NCBI GenBank assembly: GCA_965214775.1
Contig: OZ243974.1
Span: forward strand, 2,080,001-2,144,000
Direction of reading: 5' to 3'
DNA length: 64,000 nucleotides
Source of the DNA: Nitrosopumilus sp.
Lineage (GTDB): Archaea > Thermoproteota > Nitrososphaeria > Nitrososphaerales > Nitrosopumilaceae
Made by a program: the position numbers and the translations under genes. Positions 39,900 through 48,780 of the stretch are shown piece by piece. Below the pieces are notes generated by a model that searched no databases, was not told where the DNA came from, and saw only the letters and a program-made list of their open reading frames with translations. Every line of letters starts with the position of its first letter. The stretch's first letter is position 1.

Positions 39900-41180
39900 A
39901 TGTTGTCAAAATCCAAAAAATTATTTGATGATGCAAAAAAGGTGATTCCCTCTGGAGTGAACAGTCCAGTTAGGTATTTTGAACCCTATCCGTTCTTTGT
40001 GAAAAAATCCAATGGAAGCAACATTTGGGATGCAGACAACAAAAAGCTAATTGATTTCTGTAACGGCTATGGCGCACTGCTGCTTGGACACAGAAGAAAA
40101 GAAGTCATCTCGTCTGTCTCCAAACAGCTGAAACTTGGAACGTTGTACTGTGCACCGACTGAAAATGAAACCAAACTGTCAAAACTCATAGTCAAAAATT
40201 ATTCCTCTGTTGACAAAGTGCGGTTGGTAAATACCGGCGGAGAAGCCACAATGACTGCAATTCGCTTGGCAAGAGGCCATACCAAGAAAAACAAAATCGT
40301 CAAATTTGAGGGATGCTATCACGGTGCGCATGATTCTGTTTTAGTAAAGGCCGGATCCGGCTCTGCGCATAACGGAATCTCTGTTTCTGAAGGCGGTCTT
40401 AGGGAAGTCTCAAAACATACACTAGTTGCACAGTACAACAATTTTGAGGACATTGAAACCATTATCAGAAAAAATGACGATATTGCAGGTGTCATTGTTG
40501 AGCCGATTTTAGCCAACATGGGGCTGATCCTGCCTGAGAAAGACTTCTTGATGCATATTCGAAAACTTACAAGGCAAAACAACATCCCTCTGATCTTCGA
40601 CGAGGTAGTAACTGGCTTTAGAGTCTCGACAGGCGGGGCCCAAAAATACTTTGGAATAAAGCCGGACATAACAACAATGGCAAAGGCGCTGGGAAACGGA
40701 TTTGGAATTGCGGCAGTCGGAGGCAAAAAGCAGATCATGGATCATCTATCACCTGGAGGCAGGGTCTATCAGGCAAGCACGTTTGCCGGAAATCCCGTTG
40801 CAGTAAGTGCCGCTTTGGCGTCAGTTACGACCATGGAAAAACTTCAAAACAAACTATATTCAAAATTAGAGAAATACTGTGCACGATTCTCCAATGCATT
40901 GGATGATCTTGCTGCAGACTTTGGAATTCCTCACCAAATCAACTTTGTTTCTTCGATGATGCAAATCTTCTTTTCTGACATACCTGTAACAAACTATCAG
41001 ACTTCGGTAAATGCCGATGCAAAGAAATTCAGGAAAATGTTTTCCGTACTTTTTAAAAATGGCGTCTTTGTAGCTCCCTCGCAATTTGAGGTCGTCTTTT
41101 TTTCAGACGCACACACCTGTTCTGATGTGGACAAGACACTTGACGCATATCGTTTGGCGCTCAAAGCGGTGAAAAATTGA
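39900..41180 (+). CDS. hemL: Glutamate-1-semialdehyde 2,1-aminomutase
   Basis: GVNSPVR, KFEGCYHG, FDEVVTGFR, TFAGNP. Confidence 0.97.
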   Translation: MLSKSKKLFDDAKKVIPSGVNSPVRYFEPYPFFVKKSNGSNIWDADNKKLIDFCNGYGALLLGHRRKEVISSVSKQLKLGTLYCAPTENETKLSKLIVKNYSSVDKVRLVNTGGEATMTAIRLARGHTKKNKIVKFEGCYHGAHDSVLVKAGSGSAHNGISVSEGGLREVSKHTLVAQYNNFEDIETIIRKNDDIAGVIVEPILANMGLILPEKDFLMHIRKLTRQNNIPLIFDEVVTGFRVSTGGAQKYFGIKPDITTMAKALGNGFGIAAVGGKKQIMDHLSPGGRVYQASTFAGNPVAVSAALASVTTMEKLQNKLYSKLEKYCARFSNALDDLAADFGIPHQINFVSSMMQIFFSDIPVTNYQTSVNADAKKFRKMFSVLFKNGVFVAPSQFEVVFFSDAHTCSDVDKTLDAYRLALKAVKN

Positions 41181-42115
41181 AGTATGTTGTAGGCGCAAGA
41201 GGCAGCAGGCTATCTGTGGCCCAGACAAATTGGGTAATTTCTGAACTAAAAAAAACAAACAGTGATCTGGAGTTTGAGATAAAACCCATCACTACAAAAG
41301 GCGATACTGACAGCAGGCCCCTGTTTGCAATTGATCAAAAAGGAATTTTTGAAAAAGAGGTAGACAGGGCAGTTGCCCAAAAAAAAGTCGATTTTGCCGT
41401 ACACAGCCTAAAGGACGTTCCATCAAAACTTGATTCCGGACTGGTATTGGCATGCATTCCAAAGCGCGAGGCGGTAAATGACGTATTCATCTCTCCGGAC
41501 GGATCGACCCTGGAATCAATTAAACCCGGCTCTGTTGTTGGAACTAGCTCGCTGCGGCGTGCCGTTCAGGTCTCTAGAAAAAGACCTGATGTTACAGTAA
41601 AACCGATTCGCGGAAACATAGAAACCAGAATAAAGAAGGCATCAGGCAGGGATTATGATGCAATAGTTCTTGCAAAGGCGGGAATTTCTAGATTGTCTGT
41701 GGATGTAAAACACTCAATACTTTCAACTGATGATTTTTCCCCTTCCCCCGGCCAGGGAGCAATCGCAGCAGTTGCAAGGGAAGACGATTCATCTACCATT
41801 GGGATGCTCAAAAGTATTGAAGATGAAGATTCTAGACTGGAAATTCAAGCAGAAAGAGCATTATCTGACTATGTGGATTCCGGGTGCAGATTTCCGATAG
41901 GGGCCCATGCCAAATCATCTGGCTCTGAAATGATTCTTACCGTGACTGCTTTTTCAGTCGATGGAAAAAAATCCCTTCGGGTTACTGCTGCCGGTTCTAA
42001 AAACGATCCTGTCTCAATTGGCCGTGATGCCGGAAAACAACTGCAAGAAAAAGGCATAAAAGATCTTGCATTAAATTGGAGAGAAAAAGTAGAGGAATGG
42101 AACAGAAAGTCATGA
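41177..42115 (+). CDS. hemC: Hydroxymethylbilane synthase
   Basis: AVHSLKDVP, GTSSLRR, IRGNIETR, SGCRFPIG. Confidence 0.97.
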   Translation: MKYVVGARGSRLSVAQTNWVISELKKTNSDLEFEIKPITTKGDTDSRPLFAIDQKGIFEKEVDRAVAQKKVDFAVHSLKDVPSKLDSGLVLACIPKREAVNDVFISPDGSTLESIKPGSVVGTSSLRRAVQVSRKRPDVTVKPIRGNIETRIKKASGRDYDAIVLAKAGISRLSVDVKHSILSTDDFSPSPGQGAIAAVAREDDSSTIGMLKSIEDEDSRLEIQAERALSDYVDSGCRFPIGAHAKSSGSEMILTVTAFSVDGKKSLRVTAAGSKNDPVSIGRDAGKQLQEKGIKDLALNWREKVEEWNRKS

Positions 42116-42855
42116 CAGCAGGCAAAGTGTATCTTGTTGGTGCCGGTCCCGGAGACAGCAAGCTGATCACCATGCGGGCAGCAGAGCTCCTTCAAAAGGC
42201 AGACGTTGTTTTGTATGACAGGCTTGTTGGCAAAAAAATAATTGCGATGATTCCAAAAAAGACCGAGAGGGTCTATGTCGGCAGAGCAGTAGGAGATGAC
42301 ACGGCCCACCAAAACACGACAAATGATCTCATGGTGCGGTACGCCAAATCAAAAAAACACGTCGTGAGGCTGAAAGGAGGGGATCCAATCATTTTTGGCC
42401 GTGGCGGCGAAGAAGCAGAATTCCTCAAAGATCATAACGTAAGGTATGAAATCGTACCTGGCATCACCTCCGGAATCGGCTCTGCCACATATGCTGGGAT
42501 TCCCCTTACCCATAGAAGGCATGCGTCATCTGTGGCCTTTGTAACCGGACATGAGGATCCCGAAAAGAAAAACGAATCTGTAAAGTGGAGGCGATTGGCA
42601 AAATCAGTTGATACAATCGTGATAATGATGGGCCTGTCAAGAATTGACGTTATTTGCAGACAACTTGTTGCAGGAGGCATGGACAAAAAAACCCCTGTTG
42701 CAGTTATTCAAAACGGAACAACTCCCAGGCAAAAAATGATCAAAGGCAATGTGACTAACATTGCAAGGAAAACAAAAGAAAACAAAATCACTCCTCCGGC
42801 CAACATCATTATTGGAAACGTGGTTGATTTGTCTGACACGATCGGGTGGAAATAA
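42112..42855 (+). CDS. cobA: Uroporphyrinogen-III C-methyltransferase
   Basis: LVGAGPGD, RLKGGDPIIFGRGGEE, VPGITS. Confidence 0.96.
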   Translation: MTAGKVYLVGAGPGDSKLITMRAAELLQKADVVLYDRLVGKKIIAMIPKKTERVYVGRAVGDDTAHQNTTNDLMVRYAKSKKHVVRLKGGDPIIFGRGGEEAEFLKDHNVRYEIVPGITSGIGSATYAGIPLTHRRHASSVAFVTGHEDPEKKNESVKWRRLAKSVDTIVIMMGLSRIDVICRQLVAGGMDKKTPVAVIQNGTTPRQKMIKGNVTNIARKTKENKITPPANIIIGNVVDLSDTIGWK

Positions 42856-42857
42856 TA

Positions 42858-43691
42858 ATGCTTGATGGAAAAACTATTGCCATAACACGCTCAAGAGACG
42901 ATGCTTTGGAATTCATTTCCCTTGCAAAGCAAAGTAACGCAACTCCGATAGCACTGCCTACGATTGAACTTGTAAGCAAGGGGGAAAAAATTGTAGATGA
43001 ATTCTTAGACTCTGTCAGTACCTACAATCCTGATTATTCTGTCTTTATGAGTTCAAAGGCAGTCAAACTGTTGTTTGACACTGCAAGACAGTCTGGAAAA
43101 TTAGACGCTTTGCGACTGTCAGTTGCAAATACGATGGTAATGTCAGTGGGACCAAAAACAACCATCGCACTTGAAAATGAGGGAATCAAAGTCAACTATC
43201 AGCCGCCTGAAACATTTTCTTCTGTCGGCGTGGGCGAGGAATTTACCCGAATCAACGCTGCTGGCAAAAAAGTCATTGTCCCGCGAAGCGGAGCATCTAC
43301 CCCATTTCTCAAAGAATTGCTGAATAAAATAGGAATTGACGCACTGGAGATCCGTCTTTATGACGTGTGTGCATTTAGGGGTGGTAATAATACTGCGCAA
43401 TGGAATGATTTCAGGAACTTGTTCTCTAGGGGCAAAATCGACGGCGTGGTTTTTACCAGTGCCTCGTCTGTCCGTGGATTTTTTGAGATAATGCAAAGGG
43501 ATTATTCTGAAGAGCAACTGCTTGAGAATCTGTCAAGATTGTCTGTAGTGTCAATCGGACCATTTACGTCTGACGAGTTGAAAAAATTCAACGTAAAAAA
43601 TTCGGTTGCCAAAGTACATACTGTTGCAGGTGCTTTTTATGAGATGAGGATGGCTTTGACAATTTGCAGCGATCATGATCATCGTCGTTGA
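42858..43691 (+). CDS. hemD: Uroporphyrinogen-III synthase
   Basis: IAITRS, VGPKT, FTSASSV, SIGPFT. Confidence 0.93.
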   Translation: MLDGKTIAITRSRDDALEFISLAKQSNATPIALPTIELVSKGEKIVDEFLDSVSTYNPDYSVFMSSKAVKLLFDTARQSGKLDALRLSVANTMVMSVGPKTTIALENEGIKVNYQPPETFSSVGVGEEFTRINAAGKKVIVPRSGASTPFLKELLNKIGIDALEIRLYDVCAFRGGNNTAQWNDFRNLFSRGKIDGVVFTSASSVRGFFEIMQRDYSEEQLLENLSRLSVVSIGPFTSDELKKFNVKNSVAKVHTVAGAFYEMRMALTICSDHDHRR

Positions 43692-43774
43692 AAATTCCGC
43701 CTTATATGCCGCACGCAAGATACTTGCAGATGTCGGCCTTTATTTGTCAAGTAACTTGCAGATAGCCTTGGTAA

Positions 43775-43886
43775 GTAACTGATCGGGTTCCGGAATCCGT
43801 TTCTGATTTTGGGAACAAATTCTATTTTGATCGGCAGCCATTAGTAGCAAAATTCATGAATGAACTTTCAGAGTCCGACCTGTTAC
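43775..43886. mobile_element. MITE family D copy, nested in a family F copy
   Basis: GTAACTGATCGGGTTCCGGAA...TTTCAGAGTCCGACCTGTTAC; colinear with 34541-34650. Confidence 0.85.
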
Positions 43887-43972
43887 ATAACTTGTCATTT
43901 GCAAGCATTTTAGTCGATTTGCTGTAAGTTTGTTTATACATGATCAAATTCTGCTAATTTCAAATCAACTCT
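43887..43972 (-). repeat. 86-bp segment of family F, direct repeat of 46578-46663
   Basis: Two mismatches over 86 bp by manual comparison. Confidence 0.92.
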
Positions 43973-43980
43973 GTGGCATA

Positions 43981-44058
43981 GACCTTATGCGTAATCGGTT
44001 CAGATCTGGGATTGTTACGAACAAATTCATCCCATTCATGTCGATTACGCATAATGTC
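43981..44058. mobile_element. MITE family B (78 bp)
   Basis: GACCTTATGCGTAATCG...CGATTACGCATAATGTC; TIR shared with the IS at 19636. Confidence 0.88.
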
Positions 44059-44105
44059 TCATGATTCTTTCTTAAGCTCTTTCAAGTTCATTGCCACGCA
44101 CTCGG

Positions 44106-44241
44106 TAGTTGAAAATGTACTTTTGTTCACCAAAGCAGCTGTCTGACGTGGTTGTTGCATGCAAAATCCAATGCGTGCAGAGCCGTGGATGGGCGGAGAC
44201 GCCATCACACAGGTGGCATACGGAGTGTACATTTTCAACTA
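44106..44241. mobile_element. 136-bp MITE with IS630-like TAGT...ACTA ends
   Basis: Perfect inverted repeat (G)TAGTTGAAAATGTAC / GTACATTTTCAACTA(C). Confidence 0.8.
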
Positions 44242-44244
44242 CTA

Positions 44245-44322
44245 GACTTTATGCGTAATCGACCTAAATGAGATGAATTTGTTCGTAATAATTCTAGATC
44301 TGCACCGATTACGCATAAAGTC
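44245..44322. mobile_element. MITE family B (78 bp) flanked by TA
   Basis: TA-GACTTTATGCGTAATCG...CGATTACGCATAAAGTC-TA. Confidence 0.92.
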
Positions 44323-44420
44323 TACTGGCACCGCATATCAACTCCTTGGAAGTCATTTCCCATGCCGTGTCTTTGCGTGATCAATACTGTCTCAAGCATC
44401 TATCGATCATCTGCTTGGTT

Positions 44421-44449
44421 TTAGGCGGATCTGATTTTTGTGTACGAAA
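44421..44449 (-). mobile_element. Remnant of an IS481-like end
   Basis: TTAGGCGGATCTGATTTTTGTGTACGAAA resembles the reverse complement of 38182-38210. Confidence 0.45.
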
Positions 44450-44571
44450 ACAACACTGACATCATAATCTCGCCTAAAAATGTGATCCATGCTTTGTCAA
44501 ACTGCGGTTACCTTCATATCAAATAAAAAGTCCTCAACAGTCTTAAATCCACGCAATACTTTTGATGTTGC

Positions 44572-45123
44572 ATGGGATTGGATGTTTTTGACGCTATTGC
44601 GCTGACTATTCATGCAAATGATGACAAAATGGCAGGCAGGACAACGGTTCAGAAACTAGTATACTTTCATACAGTCACGATCAAGAATCTAGATATTTCA
44701 GGCTATATTCATTATTTCTACGGTCCGTTCAGCAGAGAAGTATCAGTCGCATTGGAAGACATGTCTGAATTCTCATACATTGATCAAAACATCATTTCAG
44801 GCTACTATGAAACCTACAATTACAAGTTAACAGAAAACGGAATCAAGTACGCCGAAACCGCGATGAGAAAATATCCAAAAGAATACGAAACGATTTCTAA
44901 AACCGTCAGCATATGCAAAGAACACTGCAGGCTAAAGCCTACACCATTATCATATGCGGCAAAGGCCCACTATGTTTTGGCAAATTCGGAATCTCAATTC
45001 AAAGACAGGTTTTCAGCAGAAGACGTAAAAACAATTGCAAAAGACTTTGACTGGAATATTTCTAAAGAGGATGCAATGACTGGACTCAAACTACTTCAAA
45101 ACCTGAATCTTGTATATGTCTGA
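44572..45123 (+). CDS. YwgA/SocA(Panacea)-like winged-helix protein
   Basis: GRTTVQKLVYF...HYFYGPFSREV...YKLTENG motifs. Confidence 0.8.
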   Translation: MGLDVFDAIALTIHANDDKMAGRTTVQKLVYFHTVTIKNLDISGYIHYFYGPFSREVSVALEDMSEFSYIDQNIISGYYETYNYKLTENGIKYAETAMRKYPKEYETISKTVSICKEHCRLKPTPLSYAAKAHYVLANSESQFKDRFSAEDVKTIAKDFDWNISKEDAMTGLKLLQNLNLVYV

Positions 45124-46429
45124 CAGTTATTTTAGGGCCAAAGCAATCAGAGATCCTCTTTATGGATTTGTTGATCTTTCAGAACTAGAGACCAAAATCA
45201 TAGATGCAGAAGTATTTAGAAGATTACAGTTTATCAAACAGCTTTCCCATGCATATGTTGTATATCCCTCGTCTGTACATACCAGATTTGAACATTCCAT
45301 AGGGGCGTTATATGTATCAAACATAATGGCACGTGAGCTGGGATTTGCCAAACAAGAGGATATCGAAAGAATCCGATGTTCGTGTCTGATGCATGATCTT
45401 GGCCATGGTCCGTTCTCTCACTTGTTTGAGGCAATAATCGAGAAGATTAATCCTACAATTTCAGAACCACATGAAAAAATTTCAAAAATCATAATTAAAG
45501 AAGACTCGGAATTAGACTCAATTCTAGGCAAAAAGAAAAACGGGATCATAGAATTGCTAGAAAAAAAGGAGTCCTACAAAGAATCCGAAAAACCACTTCA
45601 GGCAGACATTATTTCAAGCGGTATTGATGCAGACAAGTTAGACTATCTCAGGCGAGATTCATACCATATTGGTGTTGCATATGGGCAGTTTGACTTTAGC
45701 CGAATTTTACACACGCTTGCTGCAACACCAAAAGGTTCCCGAATCTGCATTAGCAAGAAAGGAAAGGACGCACTTGAAAATTACAGACTGGCCCGGTACT
45801 TGATGCATGTTCAAGTCTATACGCACCATGCAAGGCTGGCCGCAGACCAGATGTTTCTCAAGGCACTTGAAATTGCAATTTACGACGAAAAGATTTTTGA
45901 TGAAAATTTACTAAAATTCAATCCAGATAAAAACAACCCAGAATTTTTGAAATTTTACACATCACTTGATGATTATTCAACTTACAACAAAATCATCGAT
46001 AGCGGTGATGCAAAAACATCCAAGCTGATTCTCACCAACATCAGGAAAAGAAAATTACTCAAACGTGCATGTGAGTTTGCTCCAAAGGATCTAGAAAACG
46101 CAGCAGATGTAGAGGGAAGGTTTATGAAAATGAAGTCGGAAGATTTTAACGAAATTGCGCTTGAAATAAGCAATTCTCTTAATTTGGATCCACATGAGGT
46201 GATTTTCTTTAAATCAACAATAAAGAACAAGCTGTTCAAAAAAGGGGAGATACTGTTTAGGGTTGGCGATGATGTTTATGACTTTGATACATTCTCGCCA
46301 ATCTCAGGTAGGGATGTAGACAAGTTTTTGATATATGGACCCGCAGACAAAGAAATCAGGAAGAAAATTGCATCGAAGATATCAGACAGGTTTGACGTAG
46401 ATCTTTCAAAAATAGCCCCAATCGAATAG
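45116..46429 (+). CDS. HD-superfamily phosphohydrolase, dNTP triphosphohydrolase (YwfO/SAMHD1-like)
   Basis: IRDPLYG, RRLQFIKQL, HTRFEHSIG, HDLGHGPFSHLFE, DADKLDYLRRD, VYTHH. Confidence 0.94.
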   Translation: MSDSYFRAKAIRDPLYGFVDLSELETKIIDAEVFRRLQFIKQLSHAYVVYPSSVHTRFEHSIGALYVSNIMARELGFAKQEDIERIRCSCLMHDLGHGPFSHLFEAIIEKINPTISEPHEKISKIIIKEDSELDSILGKKKNGIIELLEKKESYKESEKPLQADIISSGIDADKLDYLRRDSYHIGVAYGQFDFSRILHTLAATPKGSRICISKKGKDALENYRLARYLMHVQVYTHHARLAADQMFLKALEIAIYDEKIFDENLLKFNPDKNNPEFLKFYTSLDDYSTYNKIIDSGDAKTSKLILTNIRKRKLLKRACEFAPKDLENAADVEGRFMKMKSEDFNEIALEISNSLNLDPHEVIFFKSTIKNKLFKKGEILFRVGDDVYDFDTFSPISGRDVDKFLIYGPADKEIRKKIASKISDRFDVDLSKIAPIE

Positions 46430-46504
46430 TTTACCAGAAATTTACCTTTCTTAACCTTTGCCATCACCCATGCATATTTTCACCCGCCACTCAAATGATA
46501 AAAG

Positions 46505-46665
46505 ACTGTGGGATGATTCGAAATTGGAAACTGCAAATGCCCGGACTTTCCTATACCCTTTCCAAGTAATTTTACATATAACTTGTCATTTGCAAGCATT
46601 TTAGTCGATTTACTGTAAGTTTGTTTATACATGATCAAATTCTGCTAATTTCAAACCAACTCTAT
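46505..46665 (-). mobile_element. MITE-like family F copy (partial extra copy about 46680-46722)
   Basis: Reverse complement colinear with 14469-14629; contains the 86-bp repeat. Confidence 0.7.
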
Positions 46666-46733
46666 AATCTGTTACCGAATTTGTTTATACATGATCAAAC
46701 CTCATTAATTTCAAACCAATTCGCAGTACAGTA

Positions 46734-46807
46734 GACTTTATGCGTAATCTACCTGAATGAGATGAATTTGCTTGCAACAATCCTAGCTTTGAGCCGATTA
46801 TGCAGTC
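46734..46807. mobile_element. MITE family B abutting the stop codon of the next gene
   Basis: TA-GACTTTATGCGTAATC...CCGATTATGCAGTC-TA. Confidence 0.85.
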
Positions 46808-47574
46808 TAGTTGGTACCAAACAGTCTTTTTAATTCTTTATTGTGTTTTTCACAAAACTTTGGATCTGCCAGCTGTGATTCAAGCAGATCTTTTTGCCAG
46901 TGTGCGTTAAACAATCTGCAGCTTTTATCATCACAAAACGCATCTCCCGTTTCTACATAAAATATTGCCTGTAACAAATATCCTTCGACAATCTTTTCTA
47001 ATCTGTCATCGTGGTATTCTAAAAACTGATCTTTGTATTTCTCTTTGACTTTGTCAACCTTATCTTTGGAAAAACCTCCGATCAATTCCATATAGTACTG
47101 CTTTGGTTTTGCAGGGGCCTCGACTATCCCTGTGGTTGAAATTATGGCAGGATTTGCCCCGATCAATGCCCTTGCATGATACCTGAAATCTTCCTCAGAA
47201 AATGTCGCAGTAAGTCTGTTTGTAAAAATTATGTGCAGGGTATCTAGACTCTTTTCTTTGATTAATTCTGAGGCAATCTCTTGCAGCTCATATCCGTCAT
47301 ACGGAAAAACTTCTCTGTCTTCTGTCATGTCCTTGTTTGATCTTTCTGCCTCGATTTCATCCTCAATTGGGTTGTGCTGCACAAACGGCTTTTTTAATTC
47401 AAAAATCCGTTTGCTTGCAATTTTCTTGAATTCGCTGCCTTGCAAATTTCTGAAAAAATTACCTCTGATCTCAATTTCTACTCCGAGTGTAGATTCCAGA
47501 AACTCTTTTTGGTGAGCGATGCCTATCTCTGGAACCGTCGGCTCATCATACAGGATAATCTTGCATAGTCTCAT
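46807..47574 (-). CDS. Conserved archaeal protein, putative archaemetzincin-like fold (DUF6775-like)
   Basis: STTGIVEAPAKP; FCDDKSCRLFNAHWQ...FCEKH. Confidence 0.78.
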   Translation of the reverse strand: MRLCKIILYDEPTVPEIGIAHQKEFLESTLGVEIEIRGNFFRNLQGSEFKKIASKRIFELKKPFVQHNPIEDEIEAERSNKDMTEDREVFPYDGYELQEIASELIKEKSLDTLHIIFTNRLTATFSEEDFRYHARALIGANPAIISTTGIVEAPAKPKQYYMELIGGFSKDKVDKVKEKYKDQFLEYHDDRLEKIVEGYLLQAIFYVETGDAFCDDKSCRLFNAHWQKDLLESQLADPKFCEKHNKELKRLFGTN

Positions 47575-47596
47575 ACGAGTAACTGTGACTGATTGC

Positions 47597-48415
47597 TTAT
47601 CTTTCTAACTCTTTGATCTTCTCAGCTGCAATCTCAGCTGCTCTCTTGCCTGAGAACAGCATCGAACCAAAAGTTGGTCCCATTCTAGCTAGTCCGTGAG
47701 TTTCAGTAACGGACATTCCTGCGGCAATCAGTCCAGGATAAACTTCGCCGGTTTTATGGACGACATGCTCTTCCCCGTCATTTACAAACATAGGCTCCAT
47801 GCCCTTCCATTCTGCCAGTCCCCTGTCGACTAGTCTTTTTACGGCAACTGAATCGTGTCCTGACGCATCAATGATCACCTTAGCTTCAAAAGCAACCGGA
47901 TCCACACATGTGATGTTTCTGGGCAGTGCCGAAACCGGCATCCAGTTTACAACAATCCCTGCAACTCTGCTGTTTTTTAGAACCAAATCGTCGAATTTTG
48001 TTAGTTGCAAAAATTTTACACCTGCATCACACGCACCTGCAATCAATTTGGAAACTGCATGCGGTCCTGGAGTCATGTACAATCCATCCTGAACTTTTTT
48101 GTATGGCACGCCTAACTCGTCCCACATTTTCTGTGCCGGCTCTCTTACGGTTACTGGATTCATCATGTAGCCTCCAAGCCAATAGCCTCCTCCGAGATAG
48201 TTGTTCTGTTCGATAACGAGAACCTTGAAACCCATGTTGGATAGTTCCCTGCTTGCTGTCAATCCCGCAGGCCCTGCACCGATAATAACGACATCAGATT
48301 CTGCTCTATCCATTAGAACGTCATGAAATTCGTTTGCAATTGCACGAGTAATTTCAACTTCACGTACATCTGCAAAAATTTTAGAAGACTGTTCTGCTAT
48401 TTTTGCCTCTTGCAT
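47597..48415 (-). CDS. thi4: Thiazole synthase, THI4 family
   Basis: GAGPAGL, GGGYWLGG, TCVDP, DASGHD, RMGPTFGSML; likely start MQEAK at 48415. Confidence 0.94.
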   Translation of the reverse strand: MQEAKIAEQSSKIFADVREVEITRAIANEFHDVLMDRAESDVVIIGAGPAGLTASRELSNMGFKVLVIEQNNYLGGGYWLGGYMMNPVTVREPAQKMWDELGVPYKKVQDGLYMTPGPHAVSKLIAGACDAGVKFLQLTKFDDLVLKNSRVAGIVVNWMPVSALPRNITCVDPVAFEAKVIIDASGHDSVAVKRLVDRGLAEWKGMEPMFVNDGEEHVVHKTGEVYPGLIAAGMSVTETHGLARMGPTFGSMLFSGKRAAEIAAEKIKELER

Positions 48416-48539
48416 GCGTGTCTTTGCGCTCTTTTCAATTAATACTTTGCCAATAACAACACCACCAAGGCAGAATCCACTGAAAAATCTGGCAAAGACA
48501 GAAACTATGCATGAAACACACACCTCGGACTGCCCAACA

Positions 48540-48603
48540 GCAAAAACAAAAACAAAAACAGCAAAAACAAAAACAGCAAAAACAAAAACGGCAAAAACAA
48601 AAA
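48540..48603. repeat. A-rich tandem repeat (GCAAAAACAAAAACA-like, about 4 units) in divergent intergenic region
   Basis: Visible periodic CAAAAA units. Confidence 0.85.
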
Positions 48604-48780
48604 TGATTCAAAGATCCCTTTTGGCTCACATTTTGTTTGGCCAAATAGCTCTTGAAATTAGGTGGCACTAATTATTTTGCCCCCAAAATACAGGAAAATT
48701 TGGCATTCTCGTCAAAATTCATCGTCAAAATCATCCCAATGTCAAAAATTTATAACCAAACTAAAAGGAATTTCCTTGTA

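Noticed and set aside
14329-46665. Family F repeats as integron-like attC sites
   Set aside because: No integrase or regular cassette array; imperfect terminal inverted repeats fit MITEs better
48416-48780. TPP riboswitch upstream of thi4, or a TKTAK-repeat peptide
   Set aside because: No recognisable TPP aptamer core by eye; the peptide derives from a simple repeat
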